Below are positions 10,019 to 18,209 of a stretch of 64,000 nt of DNA, in pieces (within the stretch, counting starts at the first letter, position 1; the number at the start of each line of letters is the position of its first letter). The position numbers were made by a program, and so were the translations under genes. Under the pieces are notes generated by a model. That model was not told the origin of the DNA. It was given only the letters and a program-made list of their open reading frames with translations, and made no database searches. Source of the stretch: a virus; IMG/VR virus record IMGVR_UViG_3300024520_000050, positions 64,001 through 128,000 of that record; one strand, 5' to 3'.

Positions 10019-13000
10019 ATGAAAAAAATAACTTTGTATAAAAAGGGTGGTAAGCTTTACTACAAGAAAGGTGGTAAGATGTGCTTATACCAAGGTGGAG
10101 GCCCAATAAGATACAGAAAGAAAGCTAAGAACACACTTAATACTTATCAGAATTCTGGTACTATTGGATTCGACGATAATCCTTCATTCTCTAGTCAATA
10201 TGGTAATAATGATTACAATATTACTCAAAAGAATCCTTACAGTAATAATACTGTATTAGATCAAAGTGCTGGCAAAAAGAAAAATAGCTATAATAACACT
10301 ATGGGTCAAATTTCTAATTATGCTAATATTGCAGGAGCTGGATTAAGTATGATACCTAAAGAAGAAACTACATTTGGTGGTACAGATATAGGAAAGAGTG
10401 CTTTTGGTAGAAGTCATGGAACTACAGGAGATGTTCGTGGTTTTATGGATTCAACTAGTTCTGCTGTCCCTGTTTGGGGAGCGATTGCAAATGCAACTAG
10501 AGGATTAACAGACACTATAGACCAAAAGGATGAATATGGTGTGTCTAAATCAGGTGTAGGTGCATTCTTTGGTAATGCCATGTCACCAAGTAAATCAATA
10601 ACTGAATCTATTGGTATAGGTCAGGATTATGGTGCGGGAAGTGGAATAGCAAATTTCTTAACTTTTGGATTATCTGGTAAAGCACAAAAAGAAGCAACTA
10701 GAGGAAAAGTAGAAGCTGAAAATGATTGGTTAGATAATCGTAAAAGTCAATTTGATACAAGTCAAAATACAAATCAAAACTATGCTAAAGATGGTAAAGA
10801 TATTCGTATAACTCCATATAATTCAATTAATAATCCTAATATTGAGTATAATGCTGAAGTTGAAAATGGCGAAATAATTATTGGAGATGGAATAAGTTCA
10901 TTACAACATGGTGGTAATTCTACATCATCAATGGTATCTCCTTATGCAGTTAAACTTAGTGGAGATAAACATAGTCAAGATTCAGATGGCGATGGTCAAT
11001 ATGGTATTCCAGTTAAAGCTCAAGAAGGAATGTATGTTGCTTCTAATTACTTAGGATTAAATGGTAAGAAGGCTAGAAAAGGTCAAAAGACTGTTGCTAA
11101 ATCAATGGAGCCACTTGTAGAATCATTAGCTATGGCAGAGAAAGGTGGTGATGTATATAATACTAATCCAGAATTAGTTAAACATCAACTTGCTGAATTA
11201 GAAGTAATGAAGAATGAGGCTGAGAAGAATAAGGCAGCTGAAGAACTAAAGAAAATGTTAAGTAAGAAGGATCGTAATATGGCTGAGATTAGTCAGTTTA
11301 TTCAAGAGAATGCTGAATACTTAATGCCGCAACAAACACCTCAACAACAAGAAGGTCCTCTACCAGAAATGGCACAAGGTCAACAACAAATGGCTCAAAC
11401 AGGTGGTAAATTACAAGGACCCATCCGTAATGACTTAAAGCAACATGCAACAGATGAGTTAGGTGTTCCTCAATCTATGGTTGATCAAGCACAAGATGTT
11501 GATCCTGGTAAAATAGCTTTTGCAGATCCAGGAGCATATACGGGTCAATCAGGTCAAGAGTATGAAACAGAGTCAAGTATAAATGATCAAGTAATTCCTG
11601 CTAGTGAAGCAGAGGAATTTATAGTAGAAGATACTGATGAATATACTGATTCACGTGAAGGGGCTACTGCAGATGAAACAACTCTAGGAGAACGTGCAGG
11701 TAAATCAGAATATACTGGTACATCTAACTTAATTCAAGAGAAGATGCAAGAAGTATTAGGTCCTAAAATGAAATCAGGACAAGTATTCTCTGAAGATGGT
11801 GGATTACATCCAGATGTGATAGAAAAAGGTGTTAAAGAAGGTATTCCTCGTAAAGCATTAATGGACGCTACAAGAAAAAGTATTACTGATGGTCAAGTTG
11901 GATCATGGTTAGGTATTAAAATGCAAGATGCAATTGGCGTTCGTACATTAGGTGGAAAGAATAAAGTAGATCCAGCAGTTAGTGGTAGATCACAAAACTT
12001 ATATAATAATGAAGAATTAAACTGGGCTGAAAATATACGTCAGAAAATTGAAGATAATGAAGGTATAGTACCTTCAGAATATACTGATTTACCAGAAGAT
12101 CTTTTAACTCAACTTACTAATTTAGCTAGATCAGGTAAACAAGCTCATGAGGGTACATTTGGTACATCATTGTCTAATTCATTTAGAGAAGCTAATACAC
12201 GTGGTACTGAAGAAATAGATCGTCAAGAAGCTGTAACATATAAATCTGGAGAAGAAGAAGGAGATAGGATTGATAGAAATACAGATCTTTCAACTGATGA
12301 AAGAGCAGGTAATATTAAATCATTTGGCGATGCATTTAAATTTGCTAATAAGAGTGATGATTTAGCAGATGAACCTTTCTTTACTTATAAAGGTCATACA
12401 TACTCAAAGAAAACAAGAACAGAAGATCCTGAATTAGCTAAAGCATCTGATGCTGCTGCTATTGCAGGTGAACGAGAAATACAACCAGAAAGACAAACAA
12501 CAATTAAGAATCAAACAATAAACAAAGAAGTAATGAATCCGAATAGTAGATTAAGTAAAATCATGCGTAAAAAACGTGGTGGACCAATGAGATATCGTAA
12601 TGGTGGATTAACACAATATCAATCAGGAGACCCTATAGAATTATCAAAAATTCAACAATTACCACCACAATTTCATACATGGCCAAAACAAGCCCAGATT
12701 CAATTTTTGAATCAAACAGCTAAAACTAATCCAGAATTAGCTCGTCAGTGGGCAGCTGAATATCAACAAAATAATAAAGTTAAAATGGTTAATGGAGTAC
12801 CTACAAATGTTCCTAATAGTAGAACAGTAGTAACTGATAATACTCAAGCAGGATTTGATGCTAGAAATCTTGCTGCAGATAAGCAAAGACAAATTGATGC
12901 ACAAAATCTTAATAAAGCAGTAACTGATCCTACTAGTATACATACAAGTAGTAAGAGATTACCTGATGCAGGACAAACAGGAGTAAGAACTGTAGGTAAT

Positions 13001-13552
13001 ACAGAATACAACCAACCAATCAAAAAGGATTATAATAATCCTTCGATTAAAATGAATGGTGGATATACAAATGGTATGAACTATAATTATAGTGCTGCAG
13101 GAATGGTACAACCTATCTATCAAGCAGGTGGAGAAACAGGATGGACTAATGACTTAGCACATTCAACTGTCTTTCAAGAAGGTGGAATGATGCCAGGACA
13201 AGAGCAAGAAATGCAACCAGGAGCAGAGTCTAATGCACACGCGCAACAATTAATGGGAGAAGAAGGACAAGCTCCTATGGAAGGAGATCCAAATGCACAA
13301 CCTGAACAAGGTGGACAAGTACCACCTCAGATTGCACAACTTGCACCTGAAGTACAACAAGTGTTCATGCAATTACCTCCAGAAGCACAAGAACAAATCT
13401 TACAATTACCTCCTGAGCAAATGGAAGTAGCTATTATGACTATAGCACAACAAATGCAACAACAACAAGGTGGAGGACAACCACAACAAGGTGGACAACA
13501 GCAAGGACCAGGATCACAAGTCCCACAAGGAGTAGTTGATCAAATGGGTTAA
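10019..13552 (+). CDS. Putative virion cargo/ejection protein with repeated QxGG motifs
   Basis: 1177 aa; follows the muzzle gene; AEVENGE...GDKH motif; Gly/Ala hydrophobic stretch; Q/P-rich C-terminus. Confidence 0.5.
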   Translation: MKKITLYKKGGKLYYKKGGKMCLYQGGGPIRYRKKAKNTLNTYQNSGTIGFDDNPSFSSQYGNNDYNITQKNPYSNNTVLDQSAGKKKNSYNNTMGQISNYANIAGAGLSMIPKEETTFGGTDIGKSAFGRSHGTTGDVRGFMDSTSSAVPVWGAIANATRGLTDTIDQKDEYGVSKSGVGAFFGNAMSPSKSITESIGIGQDYGAGSGIANFLTFGLSGKAQKEATRGKVEAENDWLDNRKSQFDTSQNTNQNYAKDGKDIRITPYNSINNPNIEYNAEVENGEIIIGDGISSLQHGGNSTSSMVSPYAVKLSGDKHSQDSDGDGQYGIPVKAQEGMYVASNYLGLNGKKARKGQKTVAKSMEPLVESLAMAEKGGDVYNTNPELVKHQLAELEVMKNEAEKNKAAEELKKMLSKKDRNMAEISQFIQENAEYLMPQQTPQQQEGPLPEMAQGQQQMAQTGGKLQGPIRNDLKQHATDELGVPQSMVDQAQDVDPGKIAFADPGAYTGQSGQEYETESSINDQVIPASEAEEFIVEDTDEYTDSREGATADETTLGERAGKSEYTGTSNLIQEKMQEVLGPKMKSGQVFSEDGGLHPDVIEKGVKEGIPRKALMDATRKSITDGQVGSWLGIKMQDAIGVRTLGGKNKVDPAVSGRSQNLYNNEELNWAENIRQKIEDNEGIVPSEYTDLPEDLLTQLTNLARSGKQAHEGTFGTSLSNSFREANTRGTEEIDRQEAVTYKSGEEEGDRIDRNTDLSTDERAGNIKSFGDAFKFANKSDDLADEPFFTYKGHTYSKKTRTEDPELAKASDAAAIAGEREIQPERQTTIKNQTINKEVMNPNSRLSKIMRKKRGGPMRYRNGGLTQYQSGDPIELSKIQQLPPQFHTWPKQAQIQFLNQTAKTNPELARQWAAEYQQNNKVKMVNGVPTNVPNSRTVVTDNTQAGFDARNLAADKQRQIDAQNLNKAVTDPTSIHTSSKRLPDAGQTGVRTVGNTEYNQPIKKDYNNPSIKMNGGYTNGMNYNYSAAGMVQPIYQAGGETGWTNDLAHSTVFQEGGMMPGQEQEMQPGAESNAHAQQLMGEEGQAPMEGDPNAQPEQGGQVPPQIAQLAPEVQQVFMQLPPEAQEQILQLPPEQMEVAIMTIAQQMQQQQGGGQPQQGGQQQGPGSQVPQGVVDQMG

Positions 13553-13559
13553 TACTATT

Positions 13560-13605
13560 TAGAATAAGTAGAGCGTGGGTTTATATCTATGCTTTACTTA
13601 TTCTA
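13560..13605 (+). other. Long intergenic RNA hairpin (21-bp stem, four G-U pairs)
   Basis: TAGAATAAGTAGAGCGTGGGT-TTAT-ATCTATGCTTTACTTATTCTA; every non-Watson-Crick pair is G-U on the + strand. Confidence 0.75.
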
Positions 13606-13669
13606 TCTATATTTTGTTTAAATTAATTCCAACCACAGCATAACAATTGTATATCCTAATTAAATAACC

Positions 13670-14941
13670 ATGGCTAAAAAGAAAAATAAAATACATATAA
13701 AGAAATCTAAACGTGGTACTTTTATTAAAGCTGCTAAGAAGAAAGGCATGTCTACTCAGGCATTTGCTAGTCTTGTATTAGCTAATAAAGATAAGTACTC
13801 ATCAGCTATGGTTAAGAAGGCTAATTTTGCTAAGAACTCAACTAAGTTCAAGCATCAAATTGGTGGGGATATTAATAAACAACAAGGAGGAAAGATTGTA
13901 CGTGCGCCCAGAGGTTATCATTGGATGAAACAAAGTAGTAATGACTACAACTTAATGAGACATGAAGATAATTTTATACCTCATACTAAAGCTTCACAAG
14001 AAGTTAAATTCCCTATACAGAAGAGACACCAATTAGGTGGCGACTTAACATTTCCTAATGCGAAGTCATATAATCAAATAGGAACTATTCCAAATAATAA
14101 AATAAATCATACTCCTTCAACTATGAAAAGAAATGAAGGTAGACCTATTATGAATTATCGCGATAAAGGTTTATTTCAATCAGGAGGTTCTATTAACATA
14201 AGCTCAATAGATCAAAATCAATTCTTACATCCAGCAGATTCAAATAGATTAAGTTATAAAACTAATCCTATAGGAACATCAATAATGATACGAAACAAAT
14301 ATCAATATCCTGCATTACATTTACCTGTATTAAAAACGAAAAATACAAATAGATTTAATATTGACTTAGGCAAAAAAGGATTTAAAGCAAAAGCTAATTA
14401 TCAGGTTAATCCTAATTTATCTATCACAGGACAATTTAAATATAAAACTAAACGAGGTCCACATGGACAAGTAGGATTAAAATATACACCAAATACTTAT
14501 CAACAAGGTGGGAATATAGCATCAACAGAACAAGAGTTCAAAAATGGATTAAATGATGGAATTAACGTATTCCAATTCCCCGGCAAAGGTCTAAAAAAAA
14601 TGACAATGAATCCAGAATCAGGAGCTATTGAATATCCAGTTGATTATAAAGGATATACAGATGGTGAACAAACTGATCAAGGTACAGCTAATCCAGGAGA
14701 AGACTTTAGTGTTAATGGAGATACTGTAGTTGAAACACCTAATCTATCAGAGATGGATTTTAATGCAGCCATTGCGTATGCAAATAAGAATAAATTACCT
14801 ATCTTTAGGTGGAGAGAAAATGACTATCCAATTAAGAAACATATGAAACGTCGTAAGAAGATGCAGGATGGTGGCATGTTTTCTAGTAAAGTAACAAATA
14901 AAGTAAAATTAGATCCAGGGTTCAGTCCTGATATACAATAA
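13670..14941 (+). CDS. Putative virion cargo protein built from short modules separated by QxGG
   Basis: 423 aa; N-terminal IHIKKSKRGTF...LANKDKYS...KKANFAKN module; APRGYHWMK module; six QxGG motifs. Confidence 0.5.
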   Translation: MAKKKNKIHIKKSKRGTFIKAAKKKGMSTQAFASLVLANKDKYSSAMVKKANFAKNSTKFKHQIGGDINKQQGGKIVRAPRGYHWMKQSSNDYNLMRHEDNFIPHTKASQEVKFPIQKRHQLGGDLTFPNAKSYNQIGTIPNNKINHTPSTMKRNEGRPIMNYRDKGLFQSGGSINISSIDQNQFLHPADSNRLSYKTNPIGTSIMIRNKYQYPALHLPVLKTKNTNRFNIDLGKKGFKAKANYQVNPNLSITGQFKYKTKRGPHGQVGLKYTPNTYQQGGNIASTEQEFKNGLNDGINVFQFPGKGLKKMTMNPESGAIEYPVDYKGYTDGEQTDQGTANPGEDFSVNGDTVVETPNLSEMDFNAAIAYANKNKLPIFRWRENDYPIKKHMKRRKKMQDGGMFSSKVTNKVKLDPGFSPDIQ

Positions 14942-14951
14942 ATTAATTATA

Positions 14952-17900
14952 ATGAAAAGAACTAAAAGAAATAGATTAGGATTACCTACATTTCAGAATG
15001 CTGGAACTATTGGCGACGATAAAAAATTTATGAAGCAAGTTGTGGATGAATTTGGTCTAGTTAGCTCAATATGGAAAGATGATAGTGGTGCTTACTTTAG
15101 ACGTCAAGAAGGACTAACTGTTAATGGTCGATTCCAAAGTATGGAACATACACCAGAAACTGAATTCGAATCTCTTAATAAAAAAGGAGTTGAAATATTT
15201 AATTCAGATAAATATAGAGATTTAAACTTTATACCTGAAAATGGTGCTGATGTCAGTAAGGAAGTATTATGGGCAAAAGGTACATTGCCTTCAGCTAAAC
15301 CAAAGGCAGGATTAGATGCACCAAATAGAGGAAATCTCTTTACTAGTAGTGGTAGGATTTACAATGCTAAAGTTTTACCAGATGGTAGTGTTGAATTATC
15401 TACACCTCAAGGTATTGCTTTACGTACTTACGCTAATGTTCAAGAATTTGAATCAATTATGAAAGTTAAACTTGATGATATAACTAGTACTGAACAAGCC
15501 CCACAAACTAATCAAGGTGGACCTAAAGATTATATTGATAAGATTCTTGATTATGAATTAAAACAAGGTGGTCCTGGAGGAGCTCCATTATCTTTAGCTG
15601 CTGCATTCCCAGATGTTGAAGGAATAGGAAAAGGTGCACCTGCTGAAGATAGAGTATTAGCTAGAAAATATATTGAAACTCTTGATGAGAAGTATAGTGA
15701 ACTTGGTTTATGGCCTGGATTAAAAGAAAGAGCTGTTGATTTTGCTGTTAATAGTGAAGATCCTAGAGCTGCATTATTAGAAGCTGCTGGTAAGATCACA
15801 CCTGAAGAAAAACTTCAATTATATACTAATGGAAAATTAGATGGAAAGAAAGTCGATAAGATATGGGATCAAGGATTTTTAGGACTTGGTAAAATATTTG
15901 ATGATCCAACATTTATACAAAAATTTGATCAAGCAAGAGATAGAAGTTATCAGAATACTAATGGAGCAGATGCAAATTACGAAGCTACTTGGAAACCAAG
16001 AGTACACTTATTTGATGATGTTCAACCAGAAGTAGTTACTCAACCTACTGTTGATCAAACAGGACAAAGTCCATTAAGTCAACCTGGTCCAGAACAAGGA
16101 TTTTACATGGATCCTACAACAGGACAAGTAGTAACTCCTGTTGAACAACCTAATATATTAGGTCCAATTGGTATGAATCAAGATGTACAACCTATTCAAC
16201 AAAATGTTGCTAAACCAGCAAATTGGACTAGAGATCCTCAATTAGATAATCAAATAAATCAATTTAATTTAAATCCTGAAGAATTAGATGATGATGGTAC
16301 ATTTGAAGAAGTAACTGACGAAGAGAACCCAACAGTTGTAACACCTAATGATCTTCCTGTTGTACCACAAACTCAAGAAGTACCTACTAATATTGCAACA
16401 ATATATGGTAAGAATACATATTCTCAACCTTATAATCAATCAGTACAATCTAATCAAGTACAAAAAGGTCCCAACTTCTTACAACAAGTTGGTCAATTCT
16501 TAGACCCAAGTGGTCAATTTGGTAGAGGAAATAGAAACCAAGGACAAAGAGTCAATCAATCAACTAATCAACAGAATAGATTTAATCTGAATAATGCAAT
16601 TAATAACTTAACTCAAGATAATAATCCACATAAAGGGATTTATGAAGATGATAGAGAATTACTTCAACAAAGTAGAGGTGATATTAAAGATGCAACTCAA
16701 AAGAATATTGCAGAAATAAGAGAATCGAATGCACAGCGTAAAATTGATCATAATAATAGAATATTAAATAGAAAAGCAGATAGGAATGTATTCTTAAAAG
16801 CTAAGCAACAAGAGATGGGTAAAACTCGTAAATATAAAAGATTTGCTAAAGAAGTTAGAGATGCTGATAAATTAGCTGATAAAATTGAAAGATTGCAAAA
16901 ACGTCATGATAAAAAACGTAATAGAATCGGTGCTATTGATGGTCAACCTAAATTTATGAATGATGAGATTCTACGACAACAAGCTACTAATCAAGTAGGT
17001 GGATATCAAATAGGTGGTAAAATTGAAACAAAACCTGCTGTAAAAACTGTAGTACAACCTAAATTACCTACAGTCTATCAAAAACAATTTAATAAAGTAG
17101 TTAATAGATATGCAACACCTAAAGTTGTAGTAACACCAAAACCTGTTAATACAGGTCCTAGGATTAAAGAGAATATGGATAAAATTAATCGTCATGGTGG
17201 GTATTTACCTACATTTCAAAAAGGTGCTTTAATTAATTGGGGAACACCAAATGGATTAATGACTGTAGATAAACCACAAAGTTCAAATGTTACAGATGTT
17301 CCTACTAATATACCAACATATAATTGGGATCCTAATAATGGTGATATGGTAGCTCCTGATTACGGACAATATTCAGTACCTGGTCAAACTAATAATAAAA
17401 CTAATACTATAGATTCAACTTCTAATTATAATCCATTTAAGTTACAAAATTATGGAAATAGATTACAAGAGAATGCAAATAGAGCAGTAGATACATTTAA
17501 TGTAAGTCAGCAATTACAACAAGCTCGTCCTAATCCATTAATTGTACCTGAAGATAAATCTAAGCATCAATTAGCTCAGGTTGATTATACAGCAGCAAAT
17601 GAGCAGGAAAATGTAGGTCGTCGTGCGATTGCTCAGAATAGTCGTGGGACTGCAGGATATATGGGTAATTTACAACAATTAGCTGCTAATATGGTTAAAG
17701 CTAAATCTAAGATCGCTAGGGCAGCTGCCGAAAAACAAAAGCAATATGATTCTACTTATGCAGGTCAACAGCAACAATATGCAAATGTAGTTGCTCAAGC
17801 TAAGATAAGAAAAGAAATGGAAGATAAAGCTGATTATGCTGCTGTAAAACAAGCTTTGAGTGATACTGTTACTCAACATGCTAAAGGTGAAATAGAAAGA

Positions 17901-18197
17901 GGACAGTTGTATAATGCTGAATTATTAACTAATAACCAGAAGGAATACGTTAATCAATTAAGTAATGAATATAAAGCTGTCACAGATGAGAATGGCTTAG
18001 TAAGTATTGTATTCGTACGTAATGGTAAAGTAGATCCTCAAAAGACTGCTCAAGCACAAGCATTAGGTAAGAATGGTACTAGTACGACTAGCACAACTAC
18101 TAAAACAGGTACTTTCCAATCAGGTGGAACTACAATTATGTATAAAGATGGTGGCTTAAAGAAAGGATTAAAAAAACGTAGAAATAGATTATTCTAA
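14952..18197 (+). CDS. Putative virion cargo protein with a GH108-like muramidase domain
   Basis: 1081 aa; segment KILDYELKQGG...AVDFAVNS...RDRSYQ...ATWKPRV (about 15528-16013) resembles GH108; Q/N-rich; QxGG motifs. Confidence 0.45.
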   Translation: MKRTKRNRLGLPTFQNAGTIGDDKKFMKQVVDEFGLVSSIWKDDSGAYFRRQEGLTVNGRFQSMEHTPETEFESLNKKGVEIFNSDKYRDLNFIPENGADVSKEVLWAKGTLPSAKPKAGLDAPNRGNLFTSSGRIYNAKVLPDGSVELSTPQGIALRTYANVQEFESIMKVKLDDITSTEQAPQTNQGGPKDYIDKILDYELKQGGPGGAPLSLAAAFPDVEGIGKGAPAEDRVLARKYIETLDEKYSELGLWPGLKERAVDFAVNSEDPRAALLEAAGKITPEEKLQLYTNGKLDGKKVDKIWDQGFLGLGKIFDDPTFIQKFDQARDRSYQNTNGADANYEATWKPRVHLFDDVQPEVVTQPTVDQTGQSPLSQPGPEQGFYMDPTTGQVVTPVEQPNILGPIGMNQDVQPIQQNVAKPANWTRDPQLDNQINQFNLNPEELDDDGTFEEVTDEENPTVVTPNDLPVVPQTQEVPTNIATIYGKNTYSQPYNQSVQSNQVQKGPNFLQQVGQFLDPSGQFGRGNRNQGQRVNQSTNQQNRFNLNNAINNLTQDNNPHKGIYEDDRELLQQSRGDIKDATQKNIAEIRESNAQRKIDHNNRILNRKADRNVFLKAKQQEMGKTRKYKRFAKEVRDADKLADKIERLQKRHDKKRNRIGAIDGQPKFMNDEILRQQATNQVGGYQIGGKIETKPAVKTVVQPKLPTVYQKQFNKVVNRYATPKVVVTPKPVNTGPRIKENMDKINRHGGYLPTFQKGALINWGTPNGLMTVDKPQSSNVTDVPTNIPTYNWDPNNGDMVAPDYGQYSVPGQTNNKTNTIDSTSNYNPFKLQNYGNRLQENANRAVDTFNVSQQLQQARPNPLIVPEDKSKHQLAQVDYTAANEQENVGRRAIAQNSRGTAGYMGNLQQLAANMVKAKSKIARAAAEKQKQYDSTYAGQQQQYANVVAQAKIRKEMEDKADYAAVKQALSDTVTQHAKGEIERGQLYNAELLTNNQKEYVNQLSNEYKAVTDENGLVSIVFVRNGKVDPQKTAQAQALGKNGTSTTSTTTKTGTFQSGGTTIMYKDGGLKKGLKKRRNRLF

Positions 18198-18209
18198 TAA
18201 CTAACTAAA

